From positions 1-64,000 of the IMG/VR virus record IMGVR_UViG_3300015371_000007: a stretch of DNA of 64,000 nt; one strand, written 5' to 3'. Shown here piece after piece: positions 54,822-64,000 of this stretch. The notes under the pieces are model-generated. The model worked only from the letters and a program-made list of their open reading frames with translations. It had not been told where the DNA came from and searched no databases. Made by a program: the position numbers and the translations under genes. Source of the DNA: a virus. How positions within the stretch are numbered: position 1 is the first letter of the stretch; each line of letters starts with the position of its first letter.

Positions 54822-57800
54822 GTGCCGTCACTGCTGAACCTGGGCACCTTCGGCCGGCTCGCGCAACTCTTTCAGCGCAAGAAGCCGCGCGACGCCTTTC
54901 TCGAGAATCTCGACGAGCAGTGGGGCAACGCGTGGGGCACGCAGCCCGATGCGTCGCCCCCCTCGCGCGATCCGTGGCTCGACCAGATCGCGTCGCAGTA
55001 CCCCTTCGGCGCGTTCGACGAACCGGCCGCGCCCGCGCCCGCGCCGGAGCTGGCGATGCCGCAGCCGGCGCAGCCGGAGCCCGCCGACGATCTCGCCGCC
55101 CGCATCCGCGCCAGCCTCGGCCTCGGCGATACCGACGAGGACAACAGCCTGCTCGCGCAAGTCGAGAGCACGCTGCGGCGCCAGCCGTATGTGCAGCCGC
55201 CAGCGCTGCCGCCGGCAGCGTTGTCGCCGACGGGCGCGCCGCCCGCGTCACGGCCTCCGATCTCGCTAGCGCCGCCAGACATCGCGACGATTGGCGCGAA
55301 CGTGTCGCCGCTGCCGCCGTGGCAGGCCGCGCGCCGGCCCGCGCAGGACGTGCACTTGCCGTCCGAGCCGCCGCCCGCGCCCCCGCCGCCGATTCCGAGC
55401 GGACCGGTCGACATGGCGACCGCGGGCGCGAATGTCTCGACGCTGCCGCCGTGGGCCGCAGCGCGTCCGCCCGCGCGCGATGTGCGCCTGCCGGCGCCTG
55501 GGGCGCCCCCCGCGCCCCCGCCCGCGCCGCCGATGGATGTGGCGACGGTCGGCGCGAATGTGTCGCCGCTGCCGCCGTGGGAAGCCGCGCGGCGCGCTCG
55601 TGATCAACAGTTGCCGCCGACCGCCCCCGCCGAGGATCGGTTGACGACGACGGAGACGATTCCGCAGCTCGCGACGCCGGAGGGCTACGCGCCGCCCCGG
55701 CAGGATGTGTTCAAGGAACGGCTCGCGAGGGTGGTTCAGCGGATGGCAGACGAAGGCTATCCCGTGAAGGTCACCAGCAAGACGCGCACGGCGGCGGAGC
55801 AAGCGAAGCTGTACCAGCAGGGCCGCGACGGCGCGCCTGGCAAGATCGTGACATGGGCCGACGGGACGACCAAGATCTCCAAGCACCAGACCGGCACCGC
55901 CGCAGATCTCGCGTTCGTCGTCGACGGTCGCCCGTCTTGGGACGACAAGTTGCCGTGGCCGCTGCTCGGGCGCATCGCGAAGGAAGAAGGACTGGTGTGG
56001 GGGGGCGACTGGTCTAAGCAGAAGAATGACCGCCCCCACGTCCAGCTGGAGGCCGAGGCCACGCAAGAGGGCCCGTACGCGGCGGCGAAGCCGCTGCCGC
56101 CGAAGCTCCACGGGGCACCGCCGCCGCCACCCGCGGCCCCGCTCCCCACGCCGCCGTCGCCCCCCGTGCCGGTCACCACCGCGGAGGCAAAGAAGGATCC
56201 GTTCGGCTTCGTCGATTTCATCAAGAGCCTCTACACGACCGACGGCGTCGGCATGGTGCCGATCGGCGGCACGCTGATTCCGGTACCGGGCCTGCCGCAA
56301 GTCACCGAGGCGGGCGCGGAGAAGCTACCGTGGGCCGGCGCCGCGTTCGCGGCGGCGGATGCCTACCAGCTCATTGCGGCGGCGCGCCGGCTCCGCGATG
56401 GGAAAGCGACGGCCGCGGACCAGGCGCTTATCGAACAGTACGCCGCCAAAGAACAGGAGATGGCCGAGCACGGCACCTCGTGGGGCTACAACGTCGCGCA
56501 GATCGTGACCGAGATGCCGGCGTTCATGATCGAGATGCTGTCGACCGAGGGTGTGTTCACCGGGGCGCGCACGGCCGGAAAGAAGGCGGCGCAAGAGGCG
56601 ATCGGGAAGCTCCTCAAGGAGTCGGCCGCGGAAGTGATGGCGCGCCGTTCGACGCGATGGGCGACGAAGGTCGCCGAGACCGCGGTGGGCGCCGCCGCAC
56701 AGGAAGCGGCGATGCCCACGCGCGTCGTCGCGAAGATGATGGACTACGTCAAGCCGCCGCTCCATCCGTCGCTGAGTCCGGAGGACCAGCGCCACGTCGA
56801 GGCGGCGACGAAGGCGTACGAGACCATGCGCGGACAGCACGACCACCTCACGGGCGTCTACGACACCGTCGCGGCGCAGCTCCAGCCGGCGCTCGACGAA
56901 ATCGACACGATGAAGGCGCAAGTCGATGCCTTGCGCGCACACGTCAACCCGAACAATCCGGTCAGCGTCGCCGGCTACAACGCCGCGCTGAACGCCCTGA
57001 ACGCGCGCATCGCGCAAGTCCAGCCGCAGCTCGATCGCCTGAAGGCCGACAACGGCCAGATCGTCGATCTTGAGCGCCAGATGCGGACGCACTCGGCCGT
57101 GATGGACAAGGCCGACCAGAAGACGCTGCAGGACACGCTGAAGGAATGGGACGACGATTTCCTCCCGGCGCTCTTCCGCGCCATCCCGGACCAGTTCATC
57201 GAGGTGTTCACCGAGCACGCGGGCGAAGCGATCGAACCGGTCGCGCAGTTGATCGGCGGCAAGCTCGCCAAGACCGCCGTCGGCAAGCAGGTCACCGCGC
57301 TGAAGACCGCGTTGCTGGACGACTGGCTGAAGCTCGCGCCGGGCAACACCATCAGCAAGTGGGTGAAAGAGATCCGCCAGGGCGCGGGCTACAACGGCGT
57401 GCTCGGCGAGTACGGCGAAGAGCGGCTGGCCGACATCATGCGCGCGGCGATGCCGTTCACGCGGCAGGCGGGCGAGCCCAACGCCGCGATGATTCGCATG
57501 ATCACCGGCGAGCCCACGCCGGGGGCGCCCGAGGGCGAGAGCCCTCGTCGCAGCGCGGCGAAGGAGTGGCTCTACCAGACCACGCAGGAGCTGGCCGCGT
57601 TCGCGATCCCCGATGTCATCACGCACGCGGCGGAGCATCTGCCCGCGCCGGGGCAAAAGCCACGCGCGTTCACCGTGCCGAAGGACGTCACGGCCGACGA
57701 ACTGGTCGACCTCCGCCAGCGGCTGCAGGTCGCCCGGCAGAGCGTGCGGGCCGTCGACGACGTGAAGGAGTTGGACTCGCGGATCGCGAAGGTCGACACC

Positions 57801-60800
57801 GCGATCGCCGCCAAGATGCCGCCGTCGGCAGAGGGCCGACCTGTCCGCGAGCCGGCGCCGGCCGCTCCGTCAGGCTCCGAGGCGGCTCCGCCGACGGCGG
57901 CACTCCCCGACACCGTCGTCGAGACGCTCAAGAAGATGGGGCTCACCGATCCCCACCTCGCGGACCTCACCTCGCTACAGGCCGCGTCGATCCTCAGTCA
58001 CAGCGACCGCGGCGCGCTGCACGACCCGGAGGCTGCGGCGAACACCGATCCTGCGGCGCCGCGCACGCTGCGCAGCACCCCCGACTCGGTCGCGCACGCG
58101 GAGACGCTGGTTGAGACCTTGCGCGCGGGTGATCGCGTGACCGACAGCCGTGGGCGCGAATGGCATGTCACGCAACATCCAGTGGCCGGCGGCGGCACCG
58201 TCACGGGCCTGAGTGCGCGCGACGCGGATGGGCCGCAACCGGGCGCGGCGTTCCGCGATGCGTCCGGCGAGTGGCGCCACAACCCGGTCGTCACGGCGAT
58301 CGTCGAGCGCGGGCGCATCACGCGCGGCCGCGCGATCCCACCGAAGGTCACCGGGTTCACCACGGCGAAGGGCAGCGTCTACACGGTCGCCGGCAGCGGC
58401 ACGAGTCGGGCGAAGACGGCGACCGGCGAGAGCTTCGGGCCGTCGGACCGCACGGTGTATCTCGACCCCAAGACCGCCGAACGCGCGCAGCTCCATCTCG
58501 ACAACCACGACGAGGGCGAGACCACCGCGCGGCCACACATCCTGGCCGGTGGACGCATTGGCATCGTGGTCAAGAACCGCAAGACCGGCGAGGTGCGCAA
58601 CGACCTGTCGCGCATCGTGCGCGGCTCGACGACGCCGGCCGTGGGTCTGCATCCCTTCGAGGTGTGGACGAAGGACGCGGAGGGTCGACGTCGCTGGCAC
58701 TTCGGCAACGCGATCACGGAGGTGCAGACCGACGCGCCGACCGCGCCGGCCGAGAAGCCGACCGCGGTCTTCGCCTTCCACCAGCCCGACGAAAAGGGCG
58801 GTGCGCTGCCGATGTATCACGTGCAGGGCGGACCGCTCCATCGGTCGACGGTCTCCGCCGACACGCTGCGCGAGCACGGCATCGACGTGCCCGAGACGCC
58901 AAAGTTCGAGGGCCGCAAGCCGGCCACGCCGACGCCCGCCGATGCGCCACTCGGCGAATGGCAACCGATCGTCGGCCTTGAGGGGCATCGCGTCTACACG
59001 AGCGCAAAGGCGCGCTCGGTCGCTGGGCGAAACGTGGTGTACCTCCAGGCCGAGAGCAAGGATGGGAAGCGTCAGGCCTTCTATCTCGATGTTCACGGCA
59101 GCACGCGCAACGTCGACACGGTCGACGCGGTGGCGGGGGGCGATCCGTATGGGCCGAACGGCGAAGCCCCGGTGTGGAACGCCCCGACGATCGCGGCGGC
59201 AGAAGAAGTCGCGCGGCTGGTCCACTGGCAACGCGTCCATCTCACGGACGCGAGCGACGCCGAACTCGACGCGGTCTCGGCGCGGATAAAAGAGATCGTC
59301 GCGCGCACCGAGCCCGCCAAGACCGAGACGCCGAAGCCGGAAGACAAGCCCAAGACCGAAGCGAAGCCGACGAAGCCCACGTCGGAGATGAGCGACGCCG
59401 AGATCGCGCAGGCGATTCTGGACCGTCTCAAGGCCAAGGGCCAGAAGGTCGCGCCCACAACGGCCGCGCCCGAGACGTCACGCCGCGCGCCCGCCTCACG
59501 GCCCGCCGAGAGCCAGTCGACCGATCCGAAGGCGCAGGCCCGCGCCGAGCGGGCGCGGCTCATCGCCGAGTTGAAGAAGGAGCAGGCACAGGCGAAGGAG
59601 AAGGCCGACACGTCGTCGACGCCGTTGAAGCAAACGGACGAGGACGTCGAGACGCCGCTGTATCACGCAGAGGAAGAAGCCCCGTCGCCGAAAGCCGTCG
59701 AGCGCATGGTCGGCATCGTGCGCAGCTACCTGAACGAGGGCATCACCGATTTCACCGCGGCGGCGCGCCAGTTCCAAGAGGACTACGGCGAGGACGCGCG
59801 CACGCTGGACGCGGCGCTGGAGCTGGGCTGGGAGATGCTCACGGGGCACACCGTGAGCGTGGCCGACGCCCTGGCTCCGCCGACGCAGGCTCCCGAACCA
59901 CAGTGGCGCGACAACCTCCCCGAGGACGACGCCGAGACGATCGCGAACGACCCGGTCGAGGTGTTGGAGGCGACGCTCCGCGAACAGGTCCAGCGCGGCA
60001 AGCGCCTGCGCGAGTGGGAAGCGAAACTCGTCGACAAGCAGGCGCAGATCGCGAAGCTCGAGAAAATCAAGAACCCGACCCGCAAGCAGCAGAAGACGCT
60101 CGTCAACAATCGGAAGAAGGTCGCCGAGGAATATCCGCGCCGCATCGCCGAGGCGAAGCTCGACATCGAAGAGACGTGGGAAGAGCTGGACCGGCTGATG
60201 ACCGGGATCGACCTGGCCGACCTGCGCGCGCGCGTCGCGCGAAACCAGATCAAGCTGCGCACCCGGCGCACTTTCGCCGATGCGTACGAACAGCTCCTCA
60301 ACGACCTGACGCCTGAAGCCCGCAAGAATGCCGAGCACCACTTCGGACGGGCGACCGCCGGCCGCGACGTGCGCCACTTGCGCGTCGCGATGCAGATCTA
60401 CGAGTTGCTGCTGGCGGACGATGGTCCCGAAGGCGGCGAGGCGGAGGCCAAGCGGCTGCTCGACGCGACCAACGCCTACTACGCCGACAAGAGCTATCTC
60501 GCCGAGACGCACGAGGGCCGCGAGACGGAGCACGACGCGTTCTACGCGGCGCTGCACGACGCCGCGGTGCTCGTCTCCGGCAAGGAAGATTTTGACCCGA
60601 ACGATCTCGACGAATGGTCGGCGGGCGACTACGTCGACCCGAGCGAAGTCGGCACGCTGATTTTCCGCACGCTGGATCCGCAGACGGCGTCATTCGACGT
60701 CGATGAGTTCCATCGCGCGTATACCGACATTGAGTTCCGTCGCGAGCCGGACAGCACGTTCCCTCCGCCGGATACGTCGGTCAATCTGCTGCGCGCGAAC

Positions 60801-63800
60801 GCGTCCGGGCCCATGCACACGAAGGCCGAGGGCGCGGCGCAGATCGAGCAGTGGAAAGCCGCCGCGCAGGAGGCTGGCCGCACACAGGACAACTCGCGGA
60901 AGATCATCCTCTCGCTGTACGACCGCACCGGCATCATCTCGAAGCCGTGGGAAGAGGCGGGCTACAGCGTGCGGCGCTTCGACATCTCGCCGAAAGCGGA
61001 TGGCGGCACGGCCGAGGACCTGACGGAGTTCGGCAACTGGATGGCCGAGATCGAGGAAATGCTCGGCCAGGGCTATCAGATCGTCGGCGTGCTCGCGCAG
61101 CCGCCCTGCACGTCCTTCACCGACTCTGGCAATTCGCATTGGGACGCGCTCCATGACACCCCCAACGAGGAGTGGCTGACGCGCACCTACGGCGAAAAGG
61201 CGACCGAGTTCTTCGATCGGCCGATCGATTACGCGAACACGCTCGTGGCGGTGGTGAAGCTCGTGGTCGCGCAGGCGAACCCACGGTTCTACATGATGGA
61301 GAACCCGTTGGGGCGCATCGACCAGCAGAACCAGCTGCCGGAGCCGACGCTGTCGTTCAACCCGTTCGACTTCGGCGAGCCGTTCTCGAAGAAGACGCAG
61401 ATTTGGGGCGAGTTCAACCCGCAGCTGCCGACGTTCCGAGTGCCCGGCTCGAAGGAGGAAGGCGGACAAGGCAGTCGCACGTGGAATCTCTCCAGCGCGC
61501 GGAAGTACGAGCGCGAGATGACGCCCGAGGGATTCGCCTACGCGTTCTTCATGGCGAACCAGGCAGCGGCGCAGGAGGAGTGGGCCAACCAAGAGCGACC
61601 GCCCTACAGCGTGCCGCCGCCGGGCCAGAAGTACGACCCCACCAACCCGGACCCCGATCTGATCACGACGCCGGCCGCGTTTGGTGACGAGGAGATGCCG
61701 GAGCTGACGCCTGAGCAAGCGGCAGCGCAGCGCGCCGAGGCGATCCGCAAGCTGAAGGAAGGTGCCGGCGCGCCGCCAGCGTCGCGGCCCGCTGAGAGCC
61801 TCCCGACGACGCCGGCCGACGACGGCCAGCGTTACGTCGTCTCCAGCAAGCGCGGGCCGACGCGCAAACTCGGCACCGGCGGGGTCTGGCAGGACACGCA
61901 CTACGTCACCGGCGAGATCACGGCGACCGGTCCCGACTGGACCGACAAGCGCGACGCGGCGCGGCCGCTGACGAAGGCCGAGGTCTATCAGATCGTGCAG
62001 GGCGCCGCCGAGCCGGAGGCGCTCAAGATCACGCACGCCGACGACGCGTCGAAGACGGTCACCATCGGCGAGGTGCAGGGCTACGTCGGCCAGGATGACG
62101 AGGACAACGCGATCTACGACCCCGACAAGGCGTGGGGCGCGCGACCCGCGCCCGCGTCGCAGCCGCCCCGGTCGCGGCCCGTCGAGAAGCCCACCGACGC
62201 GTACGACCGCGCCTTCGCCACCGCGCTGAAGCCCGACGATCCCCGATGGGCGCCGCTGCGCGAGACCGGGGCGACGGAGTCACAGATCCTCGACGTGGTG
62301 CGCGAGGTGTTTCCCGAGGGCACGACGTCGTATCACACGCACCCGGACACGGGCTGGGCCTTCGAGATCACGGGCGGCATGGTCCCGAGGGTCGTGGGCA
62401 CCGCCGGCACCACAGGCGTCCGCGTCAGCGAAGTCGGGCGTCATCTCGCCGTCCAAGTCAGTCGCGCCCTCGACATCCCGTTGAACTACGAGGCGCGGCC
62501 GAAGGCGGAGCCGAAGGGGCCAGCGGTCCAGTTCACGCTCGACCAGCACCCGTTCACGGCGAAGGTCACGTTCAACCGGTCGGAGACCAACCCGCTCTAT
62601 CGGGCGGTCATCACGCGCGAAGGCAAGCGCGTCCACGAGTATGAGACCGTCGACCTCGACGACGCGGACACGTGGCTCACGCGCCAGCTCACGCAGACCG
62701 TGGAGGCGTTCAACGCGTCGCCGCGCGTCACCATCTCGCCGGCCGACCACGAGACCGTCAAGACCTACCTGCAGGCGCTCGGCTACAACAACGTCACGCA
62801 GCACAAGGACGGCTCGCTCACGGTCCGCGCGACGGAGGGTCGGCAGCGGTTGGTGTTCCGCGCCACGCCCGGCACCGTCCGCCCCGATACGGGCGGGCCG
62901 AGCATCCGGCGCGACGTCGAGCGCCAGGCCGGCGCGCTGGTCGTGCGCGCGCACAACAAGACGCAGGCCTCGACCGCCGCCTTCAAACAGTTCGAGGCGG
63001 ACCTGAAGCAGTTCGCCACCGGTCGGCCGTTGCCGTCGGCGTCGATGGTCCGGAACGACTCGCGCGAGAAGGCGCAGCCCGGTGGCGTCATCGAGCTGCC
63101 GCCCACGCCGCCGCCGTCCCCTGACGCGACCCCGCAGCGCGACATCGCGTCGCTCCCGCGCGGCACCGCGCCGCCGTGGCAGATGACGCGCAAGGCGTTC
63201 CGCGACGATCGCCGCGCCTACACCGTGCCGAAGGGCAACATTTTCGCCTCCACGCCCGAGGACGTCATGTCCGGGGCCGCGCTGAAGGATCGCAGCCGGG
63301 ACGAGTTGATCGCGTTCGCGCAGTACAGCGGCGTGCCGACGAAGGGCTCGAAGGAGAAGCTCGCCAACCGCATCCAGTCCGTGTGGCGCGTCCGGAGCTT
63401 CCTCGCGGGCCAGACGGTCCAGACCCTCTCGAAGTATCCGCAGAGCGATCTGAACCGGATGCACAAGCTGACGCATCGCGGGAAATCCGCGTCCTTCGCC
63501 GGCAAGGGCGGGCAGGCGATGTCGCTGCTCAAGTGGCTCGCGACGATCCGGAAAAACGGCTTGGACATGATGGCGGACGCCATCCACGAGCTGCACGTCC
63601 GGAAAGCCCTGAAAGACGGGCTGGACGTCCCCGCCGAGGTGCTCAAGGACTACCCGGAACTGGCAAAGGAGGTCGCCGGTGGCGACATTGACAGCACGAC
63701 AACGGGCGCGCCAGGATCGACTGGTGACCAACCGGCGTCCGGTGCCGCCCCGACAGGAGCTGCTGGCACAGGTCAAGGACCTGCTGCGGGCGGGCGTGCC

Positions 63801-64000
63801 CCACTGGACAGCGGCCCAAAGAGTCCTGCGGAAGTACGGTTTGCGGTACTTTCCCGATGGGCCGACGGCTTCTGGACCGACGACGTCCTCCCCAGCGCCC
63901 GCACCCACGGCTACGACGGCGACGACGCCACCCTCCGAGCCCTCTTCGACGGACGAGTAGCGTCCGCCCACGAATATCTCGAATCGGTGCGCCCGCTCGA
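54822..64000 (+). CDS. Giant ejection/polyvalent protein (>3050 aa, 3'-truncated) with M15 peptidase and C5-DNA-methyltransferase domains
   Basis: Frame read open at the start (GTG 54822), within both domains and at the window end; absent from the track because no stop is reached; SKHQTGTAAD...WGGDW...DRPHVQL (~55700-56050); ILSLYDRTG...QPPCTSF...MENPLG...MTPEGFAYAFF (~60900-61560). Confidence 0.85.
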   Translation, partial: MPSLLNLGTFGRLAQLFQRKKPRDAFLENLDEQWGNAWGTQPDASPPSRDPWLDQIASQYPFGAFDEPAAPAPAPELAMPQPAQPEPADDLAARIRASLGLGDTDEDNSLLAQVESTLRRQPYVQPPALPPAALSPTGAPPASRPPISLAPPDIATIGANVSPLPPWQAARRPAQDVHLPSEPPPAPPPPIPSGPVDMATAGANVSTLPPWAAARPPARDVRLPAPGAPPAPPPAPPMDVATVGANVSPLPPWEAARRARDQQLPPTAPAEDRLTTTETIPQLATPEGYAPPRQDVFKERLARVVQRMADEGYPVKVTSKTRTAAEQAKLYQQGRDGAPGKIVTWADGTTKISKHQTGTAADLAFVVDGRPSWDDKLPWPLLGRIAKEEGLVWGGDWSKQKNDRPHVQLEAEATQEGPYAAAKPLPPKLHGAPPPPPAAPLPTPPSPPVPVTTAEAKKDPFGFVDFIKSLYTTDGVGMVPIGGTLIPVPGLPQVTEAGAEKLPWAGAAFAAADAYQLIAAARRLRDGKATAADQALIEQYAAKEQEMAEHGTSWGYNVAQIVTEMPAFMIEMLSTEGVFTGARTAGKKAAQEAIGKLLKESAAEVMARRSTRWATKVAETAVGAAAQEAAMPTRVVAKMMDYVKPPLHPSLSPEDQRHVEAATKAYETMRGQHDHLTGVYDTVAAQLQPALDEIDTMKAQVDALRAHVNPNNPVSVAGYNAALNALNARIAQVQPQLDRLKADNGQIVDLERQMRTHSAVMDKADQKTLQDTLKEWDDDFLPALFRAIPDQFIEVFTEHAGEAIEPVAQLIGGKLAKTAVGKQVTALKTALLDDWLKLAPGNTISKWVKEIRQGAGYNGVLGEYGEERLADIMRAAMPFTRQAGEPNAAMIRMITGEPTPGAPEGESPRRSAAKEWLYQTTQELAAFAIPDVITHAAEHLPAPGQKPRAFTVPKDVTADELVDLRQRLQVARQSVRAVDDVKELDSRIAKVDTAIAAKMPPSAEGRPVREPAPAAPSGSEAAPPTAALPDTVVETLKKMGLTDPHLADLTSLQAASILSHSDRGALHDPEAAANTDPAAPRTLRSTPDSVAHAETLVETLRAGDRVTDSRGREWHVTQHPVAGGGTVTGLSARDADGPQPGAAFRDASGEWRHNPVVTAIVERGRITRGRAIPPKVTGFTTAKGSVYTVAGSGTSRAKTATGESFGPSDRTVYLDPKTAERAQLHLDNHDEGETTARPHILAGGRIGIVVKNRKTGEVRNDLSRIVRGSTTPAVGLHPFEVWTKDAEGRRRWHFGNAITEVQTDAPTAPAEKPTAVFAFHQPDEKGGALPMYHVQGGPLHRSTVSADTLREHGIDVPETPKFEGRKPATPTPADAPLGEWQPIVGLEGHRVYTSAKARSVAGRNVVYLQAESKDGKRQAFYLDVHGSTRNVDTVDAVAGGDPYGPNGEAPVWNAPTIAAAEEVARLVHWQRVHLTDASDAELDAVSARIKEIVARTEPAKTETPKPEDKPKTEAKPTKPTSEMSDAEIAQAILDRLKAKGQKVAPTTAAPETSRRAPASRPAESQSTDPKAQARAERARLIAELKKEQAQAKEKADTSSTPLKQTDEDVETPLYHAEEEAPSPKAVERMVGIVRSYLNEGITDFTAAARQFQEDYGEDARTLDAALELGWEMLTGHTVSVADALAPPTQAPEPQWRDNLPEDDAETIANDPVEVLEATLREQVQRGKRLREWEAKLVDKQAQIAKLEKIKNPTRKQQKTLVNNRKKVAEEYPRRIAEAKLDIEETWEELDRLMTGIDLADLRARVARNQIKLRTRRTFADAYEQLLNDLTPEARKNAEHHFGRATAGRDVRHLRVAMQIYELLLADDGPEGGEAEAKRLLDATNAYYADKSYLAETHEGRETEHDAFYAALHDAAVLVSGKEDFDPNDLDEWSAGDYVDPSEVGTLIFRTLDPQTASFDVDEFHRAYTDIEFRREPDSTFPPPDTSVNLLRANASGPMHTKAEGAAQIEQWKAAAQEAGRTQDNSRKIILSLYDRTGIISKPWEEAGYSVRRFDISPKADGGTAEDLTEFGNWMAEIEEMLGQGYQIVGVLAQPPCTSFTDSGNSHWDALHDTPNEEWLTRTYGEKATEFFDRPIDYANTLVAVVKLVVAQANPRFYMMENPLGRIDQQNQLPEPTLSFNPFDFGEPFSKKTQIWGEFNPQLPTFRVPGSKEEGGQGSRTWNLSSARKYEREMTPEGFAYAFFMANQAAAQEEWANQERPPYSVPPPGQKYDPTNPDPDLITTPAAFGDEEMPELTPEQAAAQRAEAIRKLKEGAGAPPASRPAESLPTTPADDGQRYVVSSKRGPTRKLGTGGVWQDTHYVTGEITATGPDWTDKRDAARPLTKAEVYQIVQGAAEPEALKITHADDASKTVTIGEVQGYVGQDDEDNAIYDPDKAWGARPAPASQPPRSRPVEKPTDAYDRAFATALKPDDPRWAPLRETGATESQILDVVREVFPEGTTSYHTHPDTGWAFEITGGMVPRVVGTAGTTGVRVSEVGRHLAVQVSRALDIPLNYEARPKAEPKGPAVQFTLDQHPFTAKVTFNRSETNPLYRAVITREGKRVHEYETVDLDDADTWLTRQLTQTVEAFNASPRVTISPADHETVKTYLQALGYNNVTQHKDGSLTVRATEGRQRLVFRATPGTVRPDTGGPSIRRDVERQAGALVVRAHNKTQASTAAFKQFEADLKQFATGRPLPSASMVRNDSREKAQPGGVIELPPTPPPSPDATPQRDIASLPRGTAPPWQMTRKAFRDDRRAYTVPKGNIFASTPEDVMSGAALKDRSRDELIAFAQYSGVPTKGSKEKLANRIQSVWRVRSFLAGQTVQTLSKYPQSDLNRMHKLTHRGKSASFAGKGGQAMSLLKWLATIRKNGLDMMADAIHELHVRKALKDGLDVPAEVLKDYPELAKEVAGGDIDSTTTGAPGSTGDQPASGAAPTGAAGTGQGPAAGGRAPLDSGPKSPAEVRFAVLSRWADGFWTDDVLPSARTHGYDGDDATLRALFDGRVASAHEYLESVRPL
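63679..63960 (+). CDS. Putative overprinted small protein nested in the +1 frame of the giant gene
   Basis: AAGGAGGT five nt before GTG; main-frame third positions become A/T-rich across the overlap. Confidence 0.55.
   Translation: MATLTARQRARQDRLVTNRRPVPPRQELLAQVKDLLRAGVPHWTAAQRVLRKYGLRYFPDGPTASGPTTSSPAPAPTATTATTPPSEPSSTDE

Noticed and set aside
54828-63971. Many medium ORFs listed by the track in the last 9 kb
   Set aside because: Alternative-frame shadows of the single giant + strand ORF; only 63679..63960 has SD and codon-bias support.
1-64000. Host taxon assignment or integrated prophage with flanking host DNA
   Set aside because: No host housekeeping genes are seen and attP is intact; the host cannot be named without searching the att core.

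Overview
This GC-rich 64-kb window is most of the genome of a temperate, podovirus-type (P22-like morphogenesis) tailed phage. It appears to be in the free or excised state, because attP is intact and no host genes are seen. Gene order: 3' end of a collagen-like gene and small ORFs (1-2.2 kb); a cI/cro-like switch (2.3-3.1 kb); a rightward early operon with two ParB-like genes, ERF, a YqaJ exonuclease, HNH, RusA and an xis-like gene; an orphan BrnA-type RHH gene coupled to a tyrosine integrase; an attP carrying the 5' half of tRNA-Arg(CCT); an MT-A70 methyltransferase, replication initiator with iterons, helicase loader, NinB-like and lysozyme-like genes; tRNA-Ser(GCT); two divergent arms of small accessory genes around a 24-bp palindromic double promoter (15.6-29 kb) including a Mom-like DNA modification gene; TerS, TerL, portal, scaffold, P22-type coat, paired decoration-like genes, adaptor, gp10-like, tail fibre, GNAT and ejection proteins; and a giant ejection/polyvalent ORF of more than 3000 codons (missed by the ORF track) with M15 peptidase and C5-methyltransferase domains. 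Most notable: (1) a coat protein with an N-terminal transmembrane leader, plus a second structural-module protein with a Sec-like signal peptide; (2) a predicted ~80-nt antisense sRNA whose seed is complementary to the ribosome-binding sites of several accessory genes; (3) an attP geometry that would swap promoters with the host tRNA gene on integration; (4) a second iteron cluster at a sharp GC-skew switch next to terS; (5) an overprinted ORF nested in the giant gene. All family calls come from motif recognition by eye; no database searches were run.
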